64,000 nucleotides of DNA from Adineta vaga (taxonomy: Eukaryota > Animalia > Rotifera), in NCBI GenBank assembly GCA_021613535.1, contig CP075492.1, positions 14,756,001-14,820,000 of the forward strand, given 5' to 3'. The position numbers and the translations under genes were made by a program. Of the stretch, positions 23,258 through 34,700 are shown piece by piece. The first letter of the stretch is position 1; every line of letters starts with the position of its first letter. The notes below the pieces were generated by a model. That model worked only from the letters and a program-made list of their open reading frames with translations, was not told the origin of the DNA and made no database searches.

Positions 23258-24994
23258 TGTAATTTAATATGAAAGTTTGTTTTGAATATAGATTCACCGA
23301 ATATAAGAACGTTGAGAATAGGCCAATGTAAGAAATATCTACTAGTTATACATCACCTCAAAAAGAAGAAAATAATATCTTTATTATTTACGTTTTGCAA
23401 TGCCGGAGAATTTTGCACGGAGAAAATATTAGATTATGCTCAATATATTTTGTAATTATTAAAAGAAATTACTTTCGTCTTTTTGGTGTGAATCAGTGAA
23501 GAAAACTTAGGCATATTCAAGGATAATAATTACTTTTGTGTAGGAAAATGTGATGAGATAGTTACGTATTTGTTTGTGATAGAAAGCACATGCTTTTCTA
23601 ATGAATAAACTAAAAAAAAGAATTCAAAAACTATGATAAACCCATCAACAGATTTGTCTTATATGAAATCAAATGAAATGATATATCAGAGCAAATATTA
23701 CATGAATTCGTATAGATGGTATATAATCGAAGATTTCTACTGTAACAACATACATGTATGTTTATTGTCGTTAGAAAAGACATGACAAAACTTTGTTTTT
23801 AATTAGTTTTTTAAGGAGATAGATGAAGTAGTAAAAATTGTTTTAGAAGAAAGTTTGACGTCACATTATTGCATAGAAATATTTCCTTTTTTCTATCAAT
23901 GAAAACATACTTGGAGCAATACTTTACAATTTCTAACAGGTTATACTGACATTTCCTTTAGTTTTACCGTTATGTATTGAAAATTTTTTTCCTATAAATA
24001 AACAACTGACCATCAAACATTATTTTAACATATAATTTAAGAAGTTTGGTCGTTTGTTTTATGTGAAAAATAGAGTGATAAGGAATGGCATCATGCCTAC
24101 AACATAGGTCTACTGATATGAACAATTCGAGAAAGAGAAATTCATTGGAATAAAACGATGAACATTGTCATGACTCAATGTAATGAGGTGTTGCTTGACG
24201 TATAGATTTTTCTCAAAGGAAATAAAAACACATGAGACTTTCATGCAAGAAGTTCTATTCTCTTCGTTTATTGTAATTATTAAAAGACATGACTTTCGCC
24301 TTTTTTTGTTGTTTAAAAACACGAATATAGATGATGATAGAATCATTTTCATTTCACTTCCTATTTATAACGCAAAATATATACGAGACAAATCTTAGAT
24401 CATTCTGTCAATAATTTACTACTATCGCGTAAAATGAAGAATGTGAACGAGAAATTCATTCACAATCACGATTAGAAATAATGATATTTCCAAGCAATTC
24501 AAAATATTTCACTCTTTTCTGTAAATATTAAATCAAATACAAAAGATATTTCATCCTTATCTCGTTATCAGGAACTGATTGAATATCAGATTTTTTTATT
24601 TGGATCATTCATATTCAAAATATTGTATTGATAACATTTTCACAGAATAGATAAAAACGAATGCTGTATAACTGTGCGTAATATAATCGCGTTATCATTT
24701 ATGTTTATCAAGAACGATGGCACACGTGAAATAAAAAAAGAATAGAAAATATTCTTTTTTTCTTCTTTTGATAAACGACAAAATGCTTGATTCTTCTAAA
24801 GAGAAGAATATACACTATAGAAAGATTCTTATGTTGATATCTTATGTTGTTTTAATAGTGTGTTTTATTTCTATTTTTTCAAATATAAGGACCAGCTGTG
24901 AATTGTAATACAAGATTATATTTCAGAAAAACGACCTAAGAGCACATTCCTATTTGATATATTACATTCAATTGGCGAAGAAATAATAGATATT

Positions 24995-25231
24995 ATGTCA
25001 GCACGAAAATCATCGGATTCAAATCAACAAGTTGATGTCGAGTCTATGAGTCAAAAACAAAAGCAACAGGCTGATGATTATGCTAACGATGAAATACAAC
25101 AAGCTGATCAAAAACCGACTACAAATCAGAAACAACAGCAGGATCATCATCAAAAACAAGAAGTCAATGTTGATGTTCTAAGTCAAAAACAACGGCAGCA
25201 AGCTGATGAATATGCTAGTGAGCAGAATTAG
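24995..25231 (+). CDS. Small Gln-rich hydrophilic (disordered) protein with an internal repeat
   Basis: 78-aa ORF, no Cys/Trp/Phe; repeat VDVESMSQKQKQQADDYA / VNVDVLSQKQRQQADEYA; TATA-like sequence at ~24884. Confidence 0.6.
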   Translation: MSARKSSDSNQQVDVESMSQKQKQQADDYANDEIQQADQKPTTNQKQQQDHHQKQEVNVDVLSQKQRQQADEYASEQN

Positions 25232-25667
25232 AATCATCGGATTAGTTGCGCGAAATCATATTAATAAAATGGATCTACACTACAGTTACATTAGACCAGA
25301 TTTATATATTAAACTGCTTAATATACATGATTTAGATATCAATGAATACTTTTCGTGTTATCTAAGGTTTTTTTTTTGTAGTTTTTAGATATCTATTCAA
25401 ATAAAATAATCATTTGAAATTGATTTATTTCGAGAAAAAAACATACGAAGTAGGATTAACACCACACCCACACCCTCAAGATATTTCGCTTGTTCGGATA
25501 AGAAAGGAAGAATTGTTTCAAGTGTTTCCCTACATACATAGTACAAAATTCAGTATGATTTATAGAGATAATGAAGATGCTCTTCTGTTATGTTCAATCT
25601 TTAAAAACTTTTCCTAATCTTAGTCTGAGTTACATAACAACAAGATTATTACTTGTACTGATAGGGA

Positions 25668-25928
25668 TCAGAATTTGCTGGGAATATTTTTCAACAATGC
25701 CTTCAAATATATGTCGTCTATCTGAATGAGAGTTAATGATTGGAGATGAAGCAGATCGACCATTATTAATAAGCAAAAATCTAATCTATATGATTCGCAA
25801 GTGCAAACAATGCTATTAAAACGTTGACAGAAACGACGAAACACAAGAAAAATTGTTGATACATTAAGATTGTTAATGATTTTATATAAAACTTCAGTAG
25901 GTAATGAATGTAAAGATCGCGTAGACAT
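25668..25928 (-). pseudogene. Truncated F-box protein
   Basis: SLHSLPTEVLYKIINNL..IFLVFRRFCQRFNSIV is an F-box motif; the ORF ends after 86 aa. Confidence 0.55.
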
Positions 25929-26937
25929 GGATATGTTTCATATTGATTCACAATGAAATATTGTAGTATGAGTATGCGATAGATAAAGTTTTACAGAAAT
26001 ACCTTTCTTCTAAATAGAATAGAAGAATAACAAAAGTCAGTTGAGTTATTTTCGAAAAAAATATATTCTTGAGCAACAATTCTAAGATAAAGTATCAAAT
26101 TGGTCTAAATTTCTTTGCACTCCAATACCTTCGTGGCTTCGTTTATCGAAGTTCTTACGATCATTAATTACTGGCTGACAAATTATTCAACTTATGGCAA
26201 TCGCTTATATATATATGGTATGTTGTACCATGTTCATGTCAAGTATATAAAAATTTTCTGAAGAAAAATTTTATTGAGTTTCTTTTTTCATTTGTTCTTG
26301 TACATGGTTATTATTTATTTTTCTTGAAATTTTTCATTGAACAAAAGCTTTTTTCATCTTCGACTAGAAAGAATAAATCTTCTTCACAGAAGATAGAATA
26401 AAAACAACGTTTTGTTTTCTCGTTTGCTTTGCGAAATAAATCAGTACTTATAAGATTGTCATTTTAAAAGTTGAATCATAATTTTTAGGTTATAAATACA
26501 GAAGAAACTCACATTCTCAACAATCGTTATTCACAATGCAAAAAAAATATTTATCAGTCAACTGTTTGCTGTCAGCTATTCGATCTCATTACTTTTATTT
26601 TTCTTTCTTTCGTCTTTCTCACGTAAACATCAACCGTTTGCGTCCCAGCGACGTATAGATGCGTTCAAATGCAGTTCTTTGAGAAAGATGCTTCTAGTAT
26701 ATTCTTTGATTGTTTGGAACATCTTTTTATCTTTTATTAGATGATAACACATTAGTACAATCCTTCTTTCTTTCCTTTCTGTTTCGTTAATATTATCCGT
26801 CTACACTCTATGCGCTTTCTTTCACTGTGTATAATAACACATATTGTCCAAGGTCGATCAATCCAATAGGATTGTGTAGAATGTTTAGAACTTACAAGAT
26901 TCTGTAAGATACGGTGTGGGATTGGTGAATCTGGGTA

Positions 26938-27072
26938 TCTCATTTTCGGCTTGAAATAATTGAAGGAATTTTGATAAACTATGGACTTCAAAGATCAACC
27001 ACTATTGTAAGACCATCTATAAGAGATTCTCCTCTTCGACTAACTGCTTGACATTTTCTTGCAGTTATTCTG
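26938..27072 (+). mobile_element. Decayed piggyBac-like transposase C-terminal fragment
   Basis: SHFRLEIIEGILINYGLQRSTTIVRPSIRDSPLRLTA*HFL resembles the FRL..I..IL..Y...GRPS...PLRLT.RHF segment of PGBD4-type transposases; no TIRs seen. Confidence 0.45.
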
Positions 27073-27512
27073 TAAATATCACAATCAAATCAACTGTGAA
27101 GAATTTGAGGCACGTGAGCATCACATAATATTCGTAATGATAGACATCTTTGATTGCGTTGATTGCTTTAAAGACTATCATACAAAGATGAACTAATAGT
27201 GACTGTTTGAGACAAAAGTAGAATTTCTTTGTAAAGAATAGAGGTCATATGTAGAGATTTCATTAAAAAAATTCGGGACTAAAAGAATTAAAATAGACAA
27301 AAAATTATGAGGATTTTTCAAGCAATTGATACAGTAAGTTCTTTCTTCAACTAATATCTTCGAATGTATGTGTCTTATTCTTTCGTCACCCGCACCCACC
27401 CATCAGTAGTGTTTTGATAAAGAAGTGTGATTACGATTTATTTATGTGATATCAGGAATGGTTATAGAAAGAGAATACAGATGTAATCATTTAAACGTTC
27501 AGATAGAATTAT

Positions 27513-27881
27513 TCAAAAACATTTATGATAGATTATTATGACAAATGCGATCGTCAAGGTTGTAAAAGACATTTTCAAACCATTTCCATTACTGCAGGGT
27601 GTACGTCGACATTGTCTAAAATGCAAATTCAACTAAGGACCTATGTTAAATGCGTTCACTATTCACTTACCCCCATGTTGTAGAGATACCACATGCTGGA
27701 ATAGCATCGTAGCAAGCGTTAGCGCAACGCTGAAAATCACAAACTGTTGTCGTCGGATCTGTCAGAGTACCACATCCAGCATAGGTGTCCATAGTCGGAC
27801 AATAACAATTACAAAGGAAATCGCTGTTCACCGCACTCAATACTAAGAAGAGAATAAGAGCAGTTGTGATTCTATTACCAT
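27513..27881 (-). CDS. Small Cys-rich secreted protein with probable GPI-anchor signal, 2 coding exons; start uncertain
   Basis: NRITTALILFLVLSAVNS-DFLCNCYCPTMDTYAGCGTLTDPTTTVCDFQRCANACYDAIPACGISTTWG|QCRRTPCSNGNGLKMSFTTLTIAFVIIIYHKCF*. TATA box at ~27950; the nearest ATG (27881) is one base out of frame. Confidence 0.6.
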
Positions 27882-28893
27882 ACTGTCGAAAAAAACTGTT
27901 AATATAATAGTTCGAAGTGAAGTTTGTTCTGTTTCTCAGTCTTCTCTTTATATAACACGTTAAAATACTCTATTTTTACCAACGAACGTCCGCCTTCAGA
28001 TCTTGAATCGCATTATCTTTTCTTTTTCGATGCGTTTATTGCGGACAATCTTTGTTCTTTTTTTATTATTGTATTCATTGTTAGAGAAAACCTTGTTGAC
28101 TATAAGAAATTATGGTAGTATTGTAGACTCTACGAGCCATAAATTAGTGTTTTTTTACGATCTCTACTAAATAGCCCATAAGCAATACAGTGAAAGAACA
28201 ACATATTCAACAAAAAGGTCTCTGTATGTATGTCTTCTTGATTCTTTTCACTCCATTAAAAAGTAAAGTTGTTTTTGCATAGATCGATAGTGATACTTCA
28301 CAAAGTTTTTCTAGATATGTATCGATGCGTATGAACCTTGATTATGTCTATGCCGCTAATATAGACGTTATCTGTTAACTTAACATCTGGCAAAGAGACA
28401 GTTTTATTTCTTATCGCAATACTAAGATTAGACAATGAAATTATTCGCTCCTGCAACTTTTTTACACAAACAATTTCATATATACATTCTTTCTAAAGAC
28501 GATAATTATAAATAACTTGATTATATTTAAAATTGCAAGCTGACCCAATTGATTACTCTAAAATGAAATTATTTCTCATCTAATTTCTAATGAATAGAAA
28601 TTCAAATTTTGGAACCATTTCAAACAATAGAATTGTCTTCAGGATTTGACATTTATGACACCAATTTCTCAAGTATAGAAACTTCGCGGAATATCTGGAG
28701 ATTATTCTCTATATTTATCATGAAACAGTAAAATAAATCAATAAGAAAAAGAATTTATTTTCAACTTTGCTTTCATACAATAATAAAATTTCAAGTCTAG
28801 CTTATTTTTTACTGGCTTCTTCAGATAAATACAAGTTTTGCATTCAACGTAGAATTCATCGTCACTACTTCAAATATACTCAAAAGTGAAAGT

Positions 28894-29402
28894 ATGAAAT
28901 TCATTCCCATCTACTGTGTGCTTTTTTTCATTATGCTTAATTACAATGTTCATGCTACAAGTAAGAAAAGATCGTTGAAAAAAATTTACATTCACTATGC
29001 TGATTTAGGTCAACGAACGTCTGATGATGTTGTGTCTGCGAAAGAAGACGCTCGAAGTCAAACAAGTAAATAAAATAAATATGTTCTCGTTTAAACAAGC
29101 TTTGATCTCTTTAAATTTACATAGATCGAGTGATTCTGAATAATTTTGTAGTAGCTGAAAAAAGTGTTCGAAAACCAATTAATGGACAAAGTAAGAGTGC
29201 CGTGATATTGATAACTTCGAGTTTGTTCGTATTTTTGTCGATCGTTTAGACGTTGATGACATTGTAGCTGCCGACAGTAGTGTTCGAGGTCAAAATAACG
29301 AACAAAGTAAGTATACTACCATATTAATGGTAATTAATGCATTCATGTATGTTTCATATTTCTATAGATCAATTGAAGCGATTTGTTGCTGCAATACATT
29401 AA
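28894..29402 (+). CDS. 93-aa secreted peptide precursor encoded by 5 micro-exons
   Basis: Exons 28894-28960, 29009-29065, 29125-29190, 29250-29306 and 29368-29402, all with phase-1 GT-AG introns; open frame with a signal peptide. Confidence 0.77.
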
Positions 29403-30419
29403 TAAGTGAAAAAAACGGAACAGACTATAAACATACTTTTTATCTTCTGCGCACTAGTGGAATACTTTTAAATTCTTTAAATCTATCTATCTATATATAT
29501 ATACTCTCAGTGTCTGCATATGTTACCGTGTGAAAGCATATGAGGGTGAGTGAGAGTGGGGATAAGAGTTTTCATTTGTGCGATATATCGAATCAGATCT
29601 GCTGGTAAAGAAATTGCCATGATCGAGAATCGTGCGTGCTGAATAACAAACAAAAGACATATTATAGAAAAACTCGTTTACAAGCTGTTGATTTTTGTTT
29701 AAGGTATTTTTGATGACTTTCTTGATATTTCCTTTATCATTAAGTACACACTTGTATTCAAATCTATAATGTGAACAACACTTAAATATCGTATTCTTAC
29801 TGATATGTCGATTTTTTGCTAAACGTTCCATAAAAGATATGAATAGATTTGATGTGTTGATTGAGATAGAAGCACTTTGAGTAGAAAAATGATTTCATAT
29901 TCTTCGATGGTTGTTTTATATCACGTTTTGAACAGACTCTTGCTAACATTTGTGAGATAATCTTTTTTCTCAGTGAGAGACTACATAACTAACACGGCTA
30001 CCATTTAAACATATCATATAAAACCAAGGTTCGTTTGAAACACAACCATATTTCATATGGTATTCCCTATTTTTCAACAATTCCTTCCATATATTCATAT
30101 TTCTATTCAGTTTTGCCTATGTTATGGCGAAATGATACGAGAAGAAAGACTTTTTATTAGCTGATCGAGTCAGACTTAGTATAAATATATTATCCAAATC
30201 AATAAATTTCATCTAACCAAATATATTTAAGAAAGTATTGTTAACATCTGTCGTTCATTTTCCTCATATCGCAATTTTTAGCGTCTCTAAACGTATCTAT
30301 TGTTGACAGTAATAATAGATTTCGAAGAAAGAAAGTCATGATACCGATTGTTATAATGATATTAATGAATGTGAGAAAAACAGGTGATACTTGGTATCCA
30401 GAAGACAACGTGAGTACAC

Positions 30420-30570
30420 TACTATAATCGGTCTGTGTGTCCGTCCGGCCGTCTGTTTACACGATAACTGTTCACAACTGCATTCGATTGAGCTGAAACT
30501 GTGTGCACATAATTGTCTCATCAGTATCACGATCGAGTTCAAAGATGAGAATGATTTGTGTACAGATTTT
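30420..30570 (+). mobile_element. Possible Helentron-associated non-autonomous (HINE/DINE-1-like) fragment
   Basis: CTATAATCGGTCTGTGTGTCCGTCCGGCCGTCTGTTTACACGATAACT..TCGATTGAGCTGAAACT..TCGAGTTC resembles the GTCY microsatellite core of DINE-1/HINE elements. Confidence 0.45.
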
Positions 30571-31752
30571 TCTGAGAAACAGCTGTTATTGTATAAATCT
30601 TGAAAGAGTATGGGGTATCTTTTTTCACTTCATTGATGTCTTCTAGGTAAACTTCACCTCTACACCATTCGTAAATTTTGATAATATTCTCAAGACACAA
30701 ACTATTCTATGTCTATGACAATTAAAGTATTGAAATTTTAACGAGAGAAATCTCTACTAGGACAGAATTTCGTATATCTGTAATACATAGAAGTTATATA
30801 GTTTTGATAACATATAACAATCATAAAAAGAAGGTAACGAAAGAGATTTAATATAGGTTTTATGGACTTTCATCTACTTTTTAGAAGATATTCGTTGACA
30901 GTATTTCGATTAGAACAAGTGATATACAACACAATCAAACATGATATAAATTATTTGAATGATTTCGATTTTCACGTTTTTTCTTATTCCTAATTCTTTC
31001 AAATGAAAATCACCGAAATGATCTTTGATAAAAAAACAAAATGTCGATCTATTTCATTGACCTTTTGTATATTTATATATCGTATCTGAATTATATAATT
31101 TTTTGTTTTGCAGTTCTAATCGAAATGGTCGCGAAATTGATACATTGGTAAGTTAATTTCATTTTCAAGTAGAAGATACAAAATTTTCTACTGTAGGTTG
31201 CAACAATGTTTAAAAACTAACAAGACGATAGAAATAAATGGTACAACAGAAGATAAACGTACATCAATGTTTGTTCTGAAACATTTGGTAAATTGAATAG
31301 AATGATACAATTCGATACTCCAGAGGTGCAGAATCTTCCAAAAAATAAAAACTTCACCCTCCCTGTCCATTTTGAGGGTGTGGATGTGGTATATTTATTC
31401 ATCAATCCCACCCCACACTTTCAAGATGGTAACTAGAAATACGTGCATTAACTGTCCATCACGTGCGAAACAAAATAAAAAATGTTTGTCTTTTCTCTTC
31501 CTTATCAGTTTTGTGCGTAAACTTGAGTTTGATTTTATTCGATGAGACTAATGACGCAGAAAGAGAACGAGAAACGAACAGTAACTAGAATAACGAAGTT
31601 ATGTATGTTTACGTGCATATTCATATGGACGCACATATAAGAAGGGACAAAAACCAAAGAATCAGATGTGTATATTCTTAGCAAGTTGAAGAATAGAGTA
31701 TACAAGTAAAGCAAAAAAACTTAAAAGAATGATTTATATGATATAGTTAATT

Positions 31753-34700
31753 ATGAGGAGAATAAGATTTCCTCTTCTAATACTTTTTCCGAAAATTTCC
31801 CCTACTACAACAACAACGTTTCAAAAAGTCCCCCTCCACCACGTGGGGGAGCATGAGGAAGATTCTGAACCTCTGCGATACTCGCCCATATTGATTATTT
31901 GTCTTCTACCAATAAACTGTATTTTCTAGTTACACTTTGGAAATATGACAGATTATTTGATGATTCTATTTGGTATTATTAGTGCAGCTGTCTATGCTAT
32001 TGGTCATATGTTTTTTGTTCGATTATTTGGAGAATTAGTTAGTCTATTTGTTTCTCAAGTGTCAATCATTCAATGTCCTGACCATCAGTCTAATAACAAT
32101 TCATATAGCAGGTATGCTAATTGTTTTACACTCTTACTCTAGTATCTCGTTCTAATCTTTGTCCAAATTAACAGCAGAATAGATGATGTATTGAGCAAGA
32201 ACAATGACTCGTTTCATAAGGATGTTCATACAAAAGTAATTCAACTTATCGGTAAGTACAACTGTAGTAACACTATCATACCGTTATCTCTTTTTTTCTT
32301 CTTATATTAAGTTATTGGTCTAGTTCAAATAGTGTTCAGTTACTTACAATATATTTCTGGCGAATTATCCTCAACTCGATTGACAAATCGTATGAGAATT
32401 AGACTTTTAAAAGCCACTTTTGCCAGAGTATATAATATATTTTTTTCACATAAATCTTTCATGATATTTTCATTCTATAGGATGTTTCATATTTTGATAC
32501 TACGCAGATATCAATCAATAATTTATTTGAGTAGATTTTTTCTTGACTATTATCGTATTATTTTGTTATTCTTTCTAGTAATATTGCTGTCGTTCAATCA
32601 GGTATCGGATGGTCGAGTTCCGTTGTACTATCCGCCATTATTTTCGTTATTAGCAGTCTTATTCTTGCATTTATTACTGATTGGAAACTTACTTTAATTG
32701 TTATTATGGCAGAGCCACTCAGTGTTGGTGCTTCATTTATATTATCAAAAGTAAATTTAAGATGACAACAGTAGACTATTTCAACAAGAACATCTTCTTA
32801 TTTTTAGTTAACAGCTCAAACGACGGTTGCGGAAATGAACTCTTATGGACACGCAGGACAAATTGCTGAAGAAGTTTTAACTGCTTTTCGAACTGTCATA
32901 GCATTCAATGCACAACACAATGAACAGAAACGGTAAGTTGTTATTCATCTAATTATTTCTTTATTTCTATCGTGATATGTTTAGGTACGCATCAAAATTG
33001 AAACATAATACAAAATATGCACTTCGTAAAGGCTTTGTCTATGGTTGTTATATTGGTGTACTTTCAATTTTCACTTATTGGACAACTGCACTCGGGTTTC
33101 TAGCAGGAATATGGCTTAAATCAACAGGAAAACATCCAACACTTGATATCAGTCAAATAGTTGTCGTACGTTTCATATTTCGTTATAATCAGAAGCAAAT
33201 ATATTTTATTTTCTCTTTCTGCACTTTGTATGCCCATAGGTTGTCACTTCTGTTACTGAAGGAATACAATTTCTTGGCTATCTTGCTCCAAGTTTGAAAA
33301 CATTTCTTGACGCATGTACCATTGCTGCACCGATCATTCGATATATCGAAGAAGCCGAAGTGACTATATTCAGGATTTTGGACAGAGCGATAATGGTCTG
33401 TGTCTGTGTGTGTTTTTCTTGATTAGGTTGATCATTCTACATCATCAACAAAGAAAACGGCACTAAAATTGAAGGCAAATCAATCTATTGATATAGTCTT
33501 TGAAAATGTTTCATTTGCATATCCAAGTCGAAAGAAAGAATTGGCATTAAAGCATGTCAGTTTTAGAGTGAAAGCAGGTACAACTGTAGCATTTGTTGGT
33601 AGTTCAGGCAGTGGTAAGATTTAATAAACACGTTCGTATCATTTCAAAAGACTTCATTTACAATTAACAGGTAAAAGTACATGTGTTCAATTATTACTTC
33701 GTTTCTACGATCCAATTAGTGGTTATATTAATATCAATGGTCGTTCAATTCAAGACTACGATAAAGAAAGTTTACGTCAAATTATAGGCCTTGTCAGTCA
33801 AGAACCGGTAGAATTCATCGTTATATTACAAAATGAAATATCTTAAATCGGTTTCTTTCTCTTCAAAGATTCTTTTCGCAACTTCAATTAAAGAAAATAT
33901 CAGTTATGGTAAAGACAATTCCACGTTTGAAGAAGTTATAAAAGCAGCTGAACAAGCAAATGCACATGGATTTATCATGAAACTTCCACAGGTATTTTAT
34001 CATGATCTTAGATACTTTTTTCTATAACTTTTCTTATTGAAGCAATATGACACATTAGTTGGTGAACGAGGTGTTCAATTGAGTGGTGGACAACGACAAC
34101 GTATTGCTTTAGCACGTGCACTCATATGTCAACCAAGTTTACTTTTACTTGATGAAGCAACAAGTGCACTCGATTCTTCAAGTGAAAAACTTGTTCAAGA
34201 AGCATTGGATCGTGCTGTTCAAGGTTTATTCATTTATTTTCTGACCTTATTTATTGGATAAAGATGTACATTCTAGGTCGAACGACAATTATTGTTGCTC
34301 ATCGATTATCCACAATTCGTTATGCTGATTGGATTATCGTTATGAAAGATGGTTCTATTGTTGAACAGGGTTCACATGATGATTTGATGACAGTAAAACA
34401 ATTTTATTATAACTTAGTTAGCAAACAGCAAGTGAAATCAGTTAATTCTGAAGTAACTATAACACATAATGTAGAAGACATCGATCAACAAATAATCGAT
34501 GGTGAGTAGAGATTGAAACATTCATTTTTCAATTGAACTGAATATTTAATTGTTATAGGAAAAGACAACGAAGAAATAGTAAATAATATCAATGAAACAA
34601 ACAATGAAGTGTCACAAGTAAATTTGTAGTTTTGTATTATCTAATTCATACATTTTTTTGTAGACGAATTCGAATTCATTTTATTCATTGATGAAATTAT

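Noticed and set aside
29523-30100. Coding-like remnant including the 102-aa ORF
   Set aside because: Looks like decayed coding sequence but no family could be assigned.
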